Below are positions 13,729-23,940 of a DNA stretch of 64,000 nt, one piece after another (the stretch's first letter is position 1; each line of letters opens with the position of its first letter). A program made the translations under genes and the position numbers. The stretch lies in assembly GCA_002269645.1 (NCBI GenBank), contig NIVC01000298.1:62001-126000 (forward strand). Direction: 5' to 3'. The notes beneath the pieces are model-generated. The model was not told the origin of the DNA and ran no database searches. It saw nothing but the letters and a program-made list of their open reading frames with translations. This DNA comes from Macrostomum lignano (taxonomy: Eukaryota).

Positions 13729-14285
13729 AATTTAGAACGGAAACAGGCCATGATGTTAATATACTCTTGCTGTTAGTTTTGCTCCCCTGGCTGTAGCAAA
13801 CGTCTGATACACCTTGTAACTATGAGTCAGGGCAGTTATGTGAATTGTGCATTCATGTGCATGCTAGCGTGTACATCATATTTGTTCGCTACTTTTTAAT
13901 CATAGCACTCTAACACTGCGTGTTGCGCTCTTAGACTAGTCTCATGCAGTCATTTTCCAACTGTTGAGAATCTGTTATCAATTATATAGTATAGTGTATT
14001 TTTACATTTGTGCCTTATCACAGGTAGAATTTTTAGCTTTCTTGAAACGTTTGTTATGCGTTTGTTCGGTTAAACTTAAGTTAAAGTGTGATTAAAGTCC
14101 AACAGGCACCCTTGGGTTATTGGCTTGGTTTACGAGCTAGGAGCGTATCAGGAGTAAAAATTTATTATTAAATTAAATTAAATATTACGAGTGTAAATTA
14201 AAATATACGAGTATATAAGACTTAAACGGCGCTGCGCATGTCTATCTTTAGTTCTTGTTTGAGACTTTAGGTGAAACTTTCAGTG

Positions 14286-14760
14286 CTGAGATTCTTATAA
14301 GGGTGAGGAGGCTTTAAGCGGTGAGATTCTCAGGAGAGTGAGGAGGCTCTAAGGGATATGATTCTCATGAGGTCGAGGAGGCTCTAGGCGGGGAGATTCT
14401 CACGAGAGTGAGAAGGCTCTAAGTGGTGAGATTCTCAGGAGAGTGAGGAGGCTCTAAGCGGTGAGATTCTCAGGAGAGTGAGGAGGCTCTAAGCGGTGAG
14501 ATTCTCAGGAGAGTGAGGAGGCTCTAAGGGGTGAGATTCTCATGACGATAAGGTTCTAAACGATGAGATTCTCATTAGGGTTTAAGGGTAATTAGAATTA
14601 AAGGTGAGATTCTCATGACGATAAGGCTCTAAGCGTTAGATTCTCGTGGGGATTTAAGGGTTATTAGAATTAAAGATGAGATTCTCATTAGGGTTTAAGC
14701 TAAATTAGAATTAAGGGTGAGATTATCATGAAATCTTTATTCCAGACTAAGGAATGAGAT
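14286..14760. repeat. 35-bp degenerate minisatellite in cysteine synthase intron 1
   Basis: GGTGAGATTCTCAGGAGAGTGAGGAGGCTCTAAGC at 14425, 14460, 14495; degrades towards 14760. Confidence 0.9.
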
Positions 14761-14908
14761 TCTTACGTCTGGTTAAGACTCTCAAGAGGTAGAGATCCAT
14801 ATAGGAATCATATAATATTGCTTTACAATCTGGATATACTTGAACTACTCACTATATAGCTACCCAAATACCCCCCAACTAAGTACGCTATGCTCAATTT
14901 CTATGCAG

Positions 14909-15029
14909 GCTGGCCCACTACGAAACCACTGGTCCGGAGATCTGGGAGGAGACCGAGGGCCGGGTTGACGCTGTGGCCTTCGCCACCGGCACGGGGGGTA
15001 CATTGGCCGGTGTTGGCACTTTTCTCAAG
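14909..15029 (+). CDS. cysK: Cysteine synthase exon 2
   Basis: Acceptor TTCTATGCAG; encodes (R)[40 protein letters not shown] including the GTGGT phosphate-binding loop; donor AAG|GTAGG; phases match exons 1 and 3. Confidence 0.93.
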
Positions 15030-15344
15030 GTAGGGAAAATTGTAGTATTTTGTTGGCTAGCTAAAACTGTTAACTTATCGTTTTTTAGATAAGCCGACCT
15101 AGTTATTTCAGTTTCAGGGTAAGGGCTGGTACAAGGTGTGAAATTTCTCTAATAAATTGCTTAGCCCGAGCGGTTAAGATAAGAGTAGCTATAGTGTCCC
15201 CTTTTTGGGTCTAGAGGAGCTTGCAGACAGTTTTTATGAGCAGTTGAATAAAAAATCGATAAAAACTAGGTAGTGCCAGATGACGCGTTCATTACGGGAT
15301 TGAGAGTAATAGAATAAGGCTTGATGCGTATTCAGATACAGATA

Positions 15345-16195
15345 AGGGAAAGGGAGATGCAGACAGAGGAGAGGGAGATACAGACCGGACCGGGGGAGAT
15401 ACAGAGAGTAGGGGAGAGGGAGAGGGCGATACGGACTGGGGAAAGGGAGATACAGACCGAGGGAGAGAAAGATACGGACTGGGGAAAGGGAGATACAGAC
15501 CGAGGGAGAGAAAGATACGGACTGGGGAAAGGGAGATACAGACCGAGGGAGAGAAAGATACGGACTGGGGAAAGGGAGATACAGACCGAGGGAGAGAAAG
15601 ATACAGACAACAGGGGAGAAGGAGATACAGAATGGGGGAGAGGGAGATACAGAGAACAGGGAAGAGGGAGATACAGACTGGGGGGGAAAGGGAGATACAG
15701 AGAACAGGGAAGAGGGAGATACAGACTGGGGGAAAGGGAGATACACAGAACAGGGGAGAGGGAGATACAGACAACAGGGGAGAAGGAGATACAGAATGGG
15801 GGAGAGGGAGATACAGAGAACAGGGAAGAGGGAGATACAGACTGGGGGGGAAAGGGAGATACAGAGAACAGGGAAGAGGGAGATACAGACTGGGGGGAAA
15901 GGGAGATACACAGAACAGGGGAGAGGGAGATACAGAGAACAAGGGAGAGGGTGATACAGACTGGGGGAGAGAGAGAGATACAGAGAACAGGGAAGAAGAA
16001 GATACAGACTGGGGGAGAGGGAGATACATAAATAGAACAAGGGAGAGGGTGATACAGACTGGGGGAGAGGAAGATACAGAGAACAAGAGAGAGGGTGATA
16101 CAGACTGGGGGAGAGGAAGATACAGAGAACAAGAGAGAGGGTGATACAGACTGGGGGAGAGGAAGATACAGAGAACAAGAGAGAGGGTGATACAG
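15345..16195. repeat. Purine-rich hierarchical minisatellite in cysteine synthase intron 2
   Basis: Recurrent GGGAGATACAGA(CTGGGGG/GAACAGGG) subunits in blocks; explains the spurious long ORFs on both strands. Confidence 0.95.
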
Positions 16196-16246
16196 AGAAT
16201 AAGTGAAATTGTAGTTGAAGCTATCTTCATCCCCCGGAACCCCCAG

Positions 16247-16675
16247 GAGCGCAACCCGGACGTGCGCACTTTCCTGCTGGACCCTGAGGGCAGCGTACTG
16301 TACAACTATTTCACCCATGGCGAGTTGAAACGCCAAGGCGACGGGTCCATCACCGAGGGCATCGGGCAGGGCCGGGTGACGCAGAACCTGTCTGGCGCAC
16401 CTGTGGATCACGCGCTTCACATCACCGACGCAATGGCGGTTGAGCACACGTTTCGCCTGCTGCATGAGGAGGGCTTCTTTGTTGGCGCCTCGTCCGGCAT
16501 TAACGTGGCCGGCGCCGTGCAGGCCGCCCGCCAGATGGGCCCTGGTCACGTGATTGTCACCTGCTTGTGCGACTTGGGCCAGCGCTACTACGCTAAATTG
16601 TTTAGTAGAAAGTTTTTGGAATCGAAAAATTTGCTAACGGCGGTGCCAGAGGATTATAGGCAGTGGCTGCATTGA
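16247..16675 (+). CDS. cysK: Cysteine synthase exon 3
   Basis: Acceptor CCCCAG; ERNPDV...DPEGSVLY...SITEGIGQGRVT...EEGFFVGASSGINV...RYYAKLF...WLH*. Joined CDS 476+121+429=1026 nt, 341 aa. Confidence 0.93.
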   Translation, partial: ERNPDVRTFLLDPEGSVLYNYFTHGELKRQGDGSITEGIGQGRVTQNLSGAPVDHALHITDAMAVEHTFRLLHEEGFFVGASSGINVAGAVQAARQMGPGHVIVTCLCDLGQRYYAKLFSRKFLESKNLLTAVPEDYRQWLH

Positions 16676-16871
16676 GTGAGAGCTTGGTTTGTTTAACTGC
16701 AGAATATAAAGCCTAAATAAACTTTCCAATTGCAAATCCGTCTGTCTAACGTGTGTTTTTAATCTTTTTTTTATCCCCAGATGCACGAATAATTATGACA
16801 TGTCACTCACAAACAATGCGCTTATCTACTCTTTTTCAGTAGCAAATTAGCGTTTTTTGCTTTTATATTTT

Positions 16872-17390
16872 TTTTAAGATGGAAGATTGCAGGAAAACTA
16901 AAAAAGTCAAATCCAGTTTGTGTGCATAGCAAGCAAGAGAGATAAGGGAGACCCCTGCCCCCAGCTAGGCCGATAAACAGTTTGGCTTTCCTCTTGCTTG
17001 CTATGTCTCACTGGCCTCTCTCTTTACTGTTCTCTCATTGGCTGAGCTAGATTGGGCCTGCCCCTAGGCTGAGTTTCGTCCGTCTGACTTTAATCTCTCC
17101 CCTTACTGCTCTCTCATTGGCTGAGCTAGATTGGGCCTGCCCCTAGGCTGAGTTTCGTCCGTCTGACTTTAATCTCTCCCCTTACTGCTCTCTCATTGGC
17201 TGAGCTAGATTGGGCCGGCCCCCTAGGCTGAGTTTCGTCCGTCTGACTTTGACCTCTCTCTTTACTGCTCTCTCATTGGCTCAGCTAGATTGGGCCTGCC
17301 CCCTAGGCTGAGTTCCGTCTTGCATTCACTTGTGTACATCGAGTTAATGGTTGTTGTTCATTTTAACCCCATATGCTCCTGAGGCCGCAA
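16872..17390 (+). mobile_element. Dispersed non-autonomous element with ~4 internal 79-80-bp tandem units (copy 1)
   Basis: TCTCATTGGC recurs at 17033, 17112, 17191, 17271; both unique flanks and the units are found reverse-complemented at 32345-32722. Confidence 0.8.
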
Positions 17391-18498
17391 ACCCCGAAGA
17401 TGAGGGGAAGTTTTTGCTGACACGTTAAATTTATATCACACTGCGCAGACAAACTATTGAGAAATGAGTAGGTACTCGACTTTTTCATGACATCAAATCG
17501 CGAGTGAAAAATCTAAGTAGTTATTCTAGCATCTGTGGTTTTACCCGAGGTTGGCTCACACGTTTCTCTATACAAAGTAAAAAACAAAGAGGTAACGGAA
17601 TTGTCTCCAGACATGCCTTACGACCTGCAGTAATTCAGTGTCCCTTATATGCCAGGTGCTTACACAGATCATTTCTGGTAATTTTTGATGCTTCAATTTG
17701 CATACTAGCTAGTTTGCAAATAAATGGATTCTATTTACCGCTGACATATTACTGTAATAATAAATTTGCCGAATTGTTTTTGCGCCCCAATTTAATTCGA
17801 TTAGTTAAAGTTCCGATTTTAATACGCTGTTATTTGTTCCCATTGCTCAAGTCAAGTATTAAGCTTCGTGTCTAAATCGAAGACTTTGAATATGCAATCT
17901 AGAAGAAATTATAATTATTCGCTTTATATAAAACTGATGGACATAATTTTCTGTTTGTCAATTTTTTTCAAAACTAGCTACTCTTGGCTACTTATAGTAG
18001 TAAAATCATGTATTTTCAATGAAAAATCATCTAATAGAATAATTGGCTGCAAGCAAAGTGGTCTGGGTGTATTAGTAATAAAAATTTTATCAAAAGTTTC
18101 TTAACTTCTAATTATTTTTTAAATATTTTTGTTTCCAAGTAAGATAAGGTTTAGTTGTGCACTGCAAATGTTTTCAATAACTTTGAAAAGTTATTTAAAA
18201 TTATATTTATACATAGTAAGTTAGAAGGGTTATTTTACTACTGGTTGTAAGTAGACAGTAATGCGCAAAAAATTTTTGATAGTTTAAATTGGTACGAATC
18301 TTAAATCTACAATAAACTCATAAAAGTTTACTAGTTCCAACTTTAACTCCAGCTTTTGCCGATATGTATCGTAAATAACTTGAAACAGAGTCATTTTGTA
18401 TACTTTTAATTTCATGCTTTATCCACAGCTACGTATTAAGTAAACATCGATGTAGTTACGCGACTAGATTATTGAGTTCAACTTTTTAAAAAGCGCCA

Positions 18499-19504
18499 AT
18501 GAAGCGTAGGAAGATTCAGCAAGAGCCGGAGCAACCCGACGTGTCTCCCTAGAAGCAGCAACAAAACGCAAGCATCGGGCTTCTCAGCAAACGCCACCGA
18601 CGCGTCGGAGCCCGAGAAAAGCTGGCGAGTCTAGCAATCCACCGCCGGCTTCGCTGAATCGATCGGACACTGATCCTGTTGCTTCAGCAGATCCAGAACA
18701 GCAGCAGAGCCAGGTCAAGAGAGTCCCAACAGACGACAGTGTTACAAGCTCCGCTACAGAGCCGATTGCGGAGGAAGAAGCAGAAGAAACGGAAACCGAC
18801 GACAATGACGAGGAGTCGCAGCGGTTGCAGCATTTTCTTACTGGCGGAGCCGTCAGCTCATCGACGGTCGCCTCGACATCCAGTTGTCGCGACTGGCGTC
18901 GCCAGCTCGAGGCTTTGAGGCCTGAGCCGAATCTTGCCCGGCTGCCCTTCAGCTGCCCTCCTAGAGCAGGACACTCTGTACTATTTAGAATCGACAATTT
19001 CTACGAGCAGGCAAGATCCAGCCAGCCGCCACAGCCTTGGCCAACTGAGTTCTCTGACAGATGGGACTCCGGCCATGTTAGAATGCCCTGCTCTCCCCGT
19101 AATGCCAGTCGATGGTCGGCTATTGAGCACAGTTTGAATCAACTTAAGTCAGCAAGATCCATTGGTATAGACGATTTGGCTACGGTGTTGAACGTGTGCA
19201 GCGGGCGTAGGCAGTCTAGCTTGTGCTTGGATAGTCTCAATTGTCTGCTAACTGAGGAGTTGGGTAGGGGAGAGATGCGGCACTTTCTCAACCGTGTCTT
19301 GCCTGGTATGGTGAGGCTGGCCTTGGCTCTGCCGCATCTGGTTACTACGCCTCCGCCTCTGCTGAGGTGCGGCTATCAGCTCAAGGTGACGCTCAGTCAG
19401 CTACAGGTGGCCAGCTTATTGGCTAACGCATTTTTTAGCACCTTTCCTAGGCGAAGCTTTGCTAACAGGGAATACGCCAACTTCCCTACCATACATTTTA
19501 GCAC
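18499..19504 (+). CDS. PARG: Poly(ADP-ribose) glycohydrolase exon 1 of 6 (needs one extra base near 18548 to join the ATG to the long frame)
   Basis: MKRRKIQQ... then acidic disordered N-terminus, then WD..HVRMPCS, LP.MV.LAL.LP, ITL/VTLSQ.QVASLLANAFFSTFPRR, FPTIHF; phase-2 donor AC|GTGAGT at 19505. With +1 nt all six exon phases close (734 aa). Confidence 0.85.
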
Positions 19505-19544
19505 GTGAGTTGGAGTATATTGGCTTTTGTTTACTTTTTTGGGT

Positions 19545-20241
19545 GAAGGATTAGAGACTGAGGGTGAAGGATTAGGGACTGAGGGTGAATGATTAGAGAC
19601 TGAGGGTGAAGGATTAGAGACTGAGGGTGAAGGATTAGAGACTGAGGGTGAAGGATTAGGGACTGAGAGTGAAGGATTAGGGACTGAGGGTGGGTGAAGG
19701 ATTAGAGACTGAGGGTGAAGGATTAGGGATTGAGGGTGAAGGATTAGGGACTGAGAGTGAAGGATTAGAGACTGAGAGTGAAGGATTAGAGACTGAGAGT
19801 TAAGGATTAGGGACTGAGAGTGAAGGATTAGGGACTGAGAGTGAAGGATTAGAGACTGAGGGTGAAGGATTAGAGACTGAGGGTGAAGGATTAGGGACTG
19901 AGGGTGAAGGATTAGAGACTGAGGGTGAAGGATTAGAGACTGAGGGTGAATGATTAGAGACTGAGAGTGAAGGATTAGAGACTGAGAGTTAAGGATTAGG
20001 GACTGAGAGTGAAGGATTAGGGACTGAGAGTGAAGGATTAGAGACTGAGGGTGAAGGATTAGAGACTGAGGGTGAAGGATTAGGGACTGAGGGTGAAGGA
20101 TTAGAGACTGAGGGTGAAGGATTAGAGACTGAGGGTGAATGATTAGAGACTGAGGGTGAAGGATTAGAGACTGAGGGTGAAGGATTAGAGACTGAGGGTG
20201 AAGGATTAGGGACTGGGGCGAAGGATTAGGGTTAGGGTTAG
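19545..20241. repeat. 21-bp minisatellite (~32 copies) ending in TTAGGG hexamers, PARG intron 1
   Basis: GAAGGATTAG(A/G)GACTGAG(G/A)GT repeated; TTAGGGTTAGGGTTAG at 20226-20241. Confidence 0.95.
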
Positions 20242-20395
20242 CGACTGAGGGTTTGAAATCCCTCACAAACCTTAAGGTTTAGTGTTAAGAGTAGATATTT
20301 TACCATTCGAGAGTTATAAGATGGAAGTGGATTATGTAAAGCATTCTGTCAGTTTACGATAAATTAGCACCTTCTGATGTACTACTAATTTTCAG

Positions 20396-20493
20396 CCTGT
20401 TCTCATCCGGAGGTCAAGCCGGTTCAGGTTGCCCCCGCCGAATTGAAAAGCTGAAATGCTTGTTCAACTATTTCCAAAGAGTTACTACTAAAG
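20396..20493 (+). CDS. PARG: PARG exon 2
   Basis: Acceptor ATTTTCAG; (T)LFSSGG...IEKLKCLFNYFQRVTTK matches the PARG EKLKCL..YF..V motif; donor G|GTAAT. Confidence 0.9.
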
Positions 20494-20559
20494 GTAATTA
20501 ATTCATTATCAACACTTTGTTTGGTTAGGGATTAATTTTTTCGACTACTAATGATAATC

Positions 20560-20784
20560 ATAATTGATTGCACCTGCCCTAATGGGCCAGCTATTGCGCG
20601 GCGCATCTGAAGGCTGCGTACGGCTGTTCAGTCCAAAGACTGGGGATCGCCACACACACCCTCAATTACCCCAGCTAATGCTGGCACCCATTTTACAGCT
20701 GGGTGAACTGAAGCAATGCAGAGTTAAGTATCTTGCTCAAGGACACAAACTGTTCCAGTAAGATAGGGAATCGAACCCCGGACT
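20560..20784 (-). mobile_element. tRNA-derived CORE-type SINE, 5'-truncated (B box kept, A box lost)
   Basis: Reverse complement has GGGGTTCGATTCCC, TGTGTCCTTGAGCAAG..CTTAACTCTGCA..TCAGTTCACCCAGCTGTAAAATGG; same family as 22523-22790. Confidence 0.85.
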
Positions 20785-20972
20785 AAAAAGTTAATAAATA
20801 ATCAAAATAAGCAAGCATCAATCCATTGTAATTAGTTTTTCTGATTGCTGATTATTTTGCATATCCAGCTTTTATATTTATATTTATATTTTTTTATTGA
20901 CGGTTTGTCCAAGATTGCTTTGTATTATCCTTGCTTTTTTGGTGTTCCTCCCAGTCAGTCGGTCAGTTTGAC

Positions 20973-21003
20973 TCAGGCTTCGAAGTGAAACCTCTTGCGG
21001 TAT
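20973..21003 (-). CDS. npy: Neuropeptide Y/F precursor exon 2, nested antisense in PARG intron 2
   Basis: Acceptor ATTTCAG|A TAC CGC AAG AGG TTT CAC TTC GAA GCC TGA = (R)YRKRFHFEA*. Confidence 0.8.
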
Positions 21004-21139
21004 CTGAAATATTGATCAAATAATTCTTGTATAAAAATATGTACAAGCGCGCCAACACACGCTCACACAGAGTGTACATAGCGACCATTTGACTTTCGAT
21101 GTGTTGTGAATATGGCGAATATAAAAGAGTTTAAATTAC

Positions 21140-21330
21140 CTGGGCCGTCCCAGAGTGGCATAGAATGCGTTCAACGTTCTCAGGTACTGCTTGAGTTCAG
21201 CCGGACTGCGAAACATGATTGACTTGCTCAAAAATTTACCAGCTGGTACACTTTGGACGCTTTCAATTTGGTTGTTTAGAATTAGAACGAATCCTACCAG
21301 TAGCAGAACAGCTTTGCTAGTAAATTTCAT
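21140..21330 (-). CDS. npy: Neuropeptide Y/F precursor exon 1
   Basis: Signal peptide MKFTSKAVLLLVGFVLILNNQIESVQS; mature-like VPAG...FRSPAELKQYLRTLNAFYATLGRP(R); phase-2 donor inside the penultimate Arg codon (CCC AG|GTAAT), the conserved NPY/NPF intron position. Confidence 0.9.
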
Positions 21331-21613
21331 CTCTATTCGGTTACCGATAATAAAATTGCTTTGTTCCGTGATAGAAGAATTGGAATTGCTTAAAGTTTTA
21401 ATAGACTCTCCCAAAAGCAGGCTGTAATATAACCTCTCCTGCGCACTCGGCTGAGTGCGGTTGACAGTTTAACAGATTATTGAGAGTTCTGTAGAAGACA
21501 GGGGACAAAAGTGAAGTCAGCTAAATTCTGCCTGGTTTTGATGTGTCTTTCTGACTGACTGACTGATTAAATTTTGTTCCAATCATAATTGTTAAAGCGT
21601 ACAACTCTCGCAG

Positions 21614-21807
21614 ATCCTCTGGGCGTTGTCACGTTTAGTCGTCGAGTGATAAACGAACGCATAGACTGGTCAGCTCGGACTGAACTGCTGCCTGATCTGC
21701 TGGCGGCCGCAGAGGGCACCATCGAGGATGACGGCGCCGGCATGCTGGAGGTGGACTTCGCCAACGCCTACATCGGGGGCGGCGTGCTGGGGCGCGGCCT
21801 GGTGCAG
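21614..21807 (+). CDS. PARG: PARG exon 3
   Basis: Acceptor CTCGCAG; (D)PLGVVTFSRR...EGTIEDDG.GMLEVDFANAYIGGGVLGRGLVQ; donor CAG|GTGCG. Confidence 0.93.
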
Positions 21808-21848
21808 GTGCGCTCGGGTTTTTTGGTAATGCAGAGTGAGGCCTCTCA

Positions 21849-22222
21849 GATCCCCAGTTGCTGGGCCAGCCACCTAGATCCACAGTTGCTGGGCCAGCCT
21901 CCCAGATCCCCAGTTGCTGGGCCAGCCTCCCAGATCCACAGTTGCTGGGCCACCAGCCTCCCAGATCCTCAGTTGCTGGGCCAGCCTCCCAGATCCTCAG
22001 TTGCTGGGCCAGCCTCCCAGATCCTCAGTTGCTGGGCCAGCCTCCCAGATCCTCAGTTGCTGGGCCAGCCTCCCAGATCCTCAGTTGCTGGGCCAGCCTC
22101 CCAGATCCTCAGTTGCTGGGCCAGCCTCCCAGATCCCCAGTTGCTGGGCCAGCCTCCCAGATCCTCAGTTGCTGGGCCAGCCTCCCAGATCCTCAGTTGC
22201 TGTGCCAGCCTCCCAGATCCTC
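21849..22222. repeat. 28-bp minisatellite (~13 copies), PARG intron 3
   Basis: CCCAGATCCTCAGTTGCTGGGCCAGCCT repeated. Confidence 0.95.
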
Positions 22223-22286
22223 CTGCTAGCTACGATAAATTTCCCTTTATACATTTAAGTCACTTTCAAATCATCCCAACATGCAG

Positions 22287-22413
22287 GAAGAGATTCGCTT
22301 CCTCATCTGTCCGGAGCTGCTGCTCTCCCGACTGCTGGCCGAGTCCTTGGAGGACGGCGAAGCGCTGTGGATCACCGGAGCCGAACGCTACTCCAACTAC
22401 ACTGGCTACTCCA
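22287..22413 (+). CDS. PARG: PARG exon 4
   Basis: Acceptor ATGCAG; [16 protein letters not shown]...[12 protein letters not shown] completes the GGG-x6-8-QEE catalytic motif; donor A|GTGAGT. Confidence 0.93.
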
Positions 22414-22522
22414 GTGAGTGGCTGCTAAGTTTTTTCTCTAATTTTATTGTCTTGATCCTCATTTGATATCCCTAAAAGTAGTCGTATATTGTCTTATCAT
22501 ATTTATTTATTTCTCAGATTCA

Positions 22523-22790
22523 GAAGGTTGTAGCCCAGTGGTTAGAGCGTCCAAATTACGACTTGAAGGTCTGGGGTTCGATTCCCGATGCCACTCGGAA
22601 CAATTTGTGTCCTTGAGCAAGACGTACGCTTAACTCTGCATGGCCTCAGTTCACCCAGCTGTAAAATGGCTGCCAGCATTAGCTGGGGTAATTGAGGGTG
22701 TGTGTGGCGACCCCCCAGTCCTTGACGCCTTCAGATGCGCCGCGTAATAGCTGCGCTGAGCTGTCGGTTGTACATATATTATTATTATTA
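22523..22790 (+). mobile_element. Full-length tRNA-derived CORE-type SINE, PARG intron 4
   Basis: A box TAGCCCAGTGGTTAGAGC, B box GGTTCGATTCC, CORE-like TGTGTCCTTGAGCAAG...CTCAGTTCACCCAGCTGTAAAATGG (resembles MIR core), (ATT)n tail ~22775-22790. Confidence 0.88.
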
Positions 22791-22971
22791 TCCTTTCTCA
22801 GAATATCTTCTCTCTCGTCTCGCCTATATCGACTCTCCTATCTCATCTCTTCTATCTCATCTCTCCTATCTCATCTCTTCTCTCTCATCTCTCCTATCTC
22901 ATCTCTCCTATCTCATCTCTCATTTCTCATCTCTCATTTCATGGCTCCTTTCTCTCCATCCCAACCAACAG

Positions 22972-23697
22972 GCACATTCCAATGGAACGGAGATCACACC
23001 GATACTCGGCCTCGCGACACCAACCGTCGCCTGGTAACCAAGCTGGTTGCCATTGACGCCAGATGCTACAGTCGCGGTGCCGCAGGCTACAAGCAACAGT
23101 TTAACAAATCCGCTATCGACAGAGAGCTGCACAAAGCTCTCGTAGGATTTGGCGGTCTGGCCAATGTTAAAAATAAATCCAAGCGTCGTCCCGTTGCCAC
23201 GGGCAACTGGGGTTGCGGCGCATTCGGTGGCGATCTACAATTGAAGTCGCTAATCCAGCTGATGGCCTGCGCTGTGACTGGCCGCTCCTGTGTCTATTTC
23301 ACTTTTGGCGACACAGATTTCCAGCACAGGTTGCAGCAGTTTCAAGCTGACTGCAGACGACTGGGACTCACTGTTGGAAGTCTGTATCGACGCCTCATCA
23401 ACTACTGCAAGTTGCCGGCGAAGCAACGCGGCGAATTGTTCACCTGGCTGTTGGATCACGGCGAAGCCTTTCACGAGGTGACACCAAAAGAGGCCTCCTC
23501 CTCCTCGTCTACTGTCAGATTAGTGGATTATGATTACGACTCGAATGACACCGATACTACCAATGATGAAGATCCAGCTGCCGGCGGCTCTCAGCCAACT
23601 GTGGAGCTGCCGTCCAACGCTACGGGTTCTGATGGCACCCTGCTGCATCAGGATGGCGATTTGATGGATCTGGTGCGAGCTGAGGCTAAGATGACTG
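22972..23697 (+). CDS. PARG: PARG exon 5
   Basis: Acceptor CCAACAG; (S)TFQW.G...VAIDA...[10 protein letters not shown]...[22 protein letters not shown]...YFTFGD; acidic tail; donor G|GTGAG. Confidence 0.9.
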
Positions 23698-23719
23698 GTG
23701 AGACTGGTTCGATGGCTGC

Positions 23720-23720
23720 A

Positions 23721-23763
<43 letters not shown>

Positions 23764-23861
23764 GTGTCTGTCTGTCTGTCTGTCTGTCTGTGTGTCTGTC
23801 TGTCTGTGTGTCTGTCTGTCTGTCTGTCTGTGTGTCTGTCTGTCTGTCTGTCTGTCTGTCA

Positions 23862-23901
<40 letters not shown>

Positions 23902-23940
23902 GCCTGTCTGTCTCCTTTACTTGTCTGTTTGACTGTCTGT
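23720..23940. repeat. (CTGT)n microsatellite, PARG intron 5
   Basis: Tetranucleotide array with TGTG interruptions. Confidence 0.97.

Noticed and set aside
15234-16549. Long ORFs of 170-405 aa on both strands
   Set aside because: Arise from the stop-poor GA/TC minisatellite in intron 2 and antisense of exon 3.
12428-16675. Bacterial or fungal contamination as source of the cysteine synthase
   Set aside because: Large repeat-filled GT-AG introns and continuity with animal genes; a chimeric assembly cannot be fully excluded without reads.
19397-20266. 289-aa (QSLILHP)n protein
   Set aside because: Translation of the 21-bp intronic minisatellite.
21044-21100. Functional motif shared between the NPY intron and 35478-35550
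   Set aside because: Short similarity (CAAGCGCGCCAA...CACGCTCACACAG.GTGTACA...GACTTT) is best explained as a fragment of a dispersed repeat.
21808-22286. Read-through coding of PARG intron 3 (ORF 21589-22428)
   Set aside because: The 28-bp repeat interrupts the conserved Q-EE motif; GT-AG splicing restores it exactly.
22523-22600. tRNA gene
   Set aside because: Has A and B boxes but continues into SINE body, has a second copy in the window, and lacks a convincing acceptor stem.
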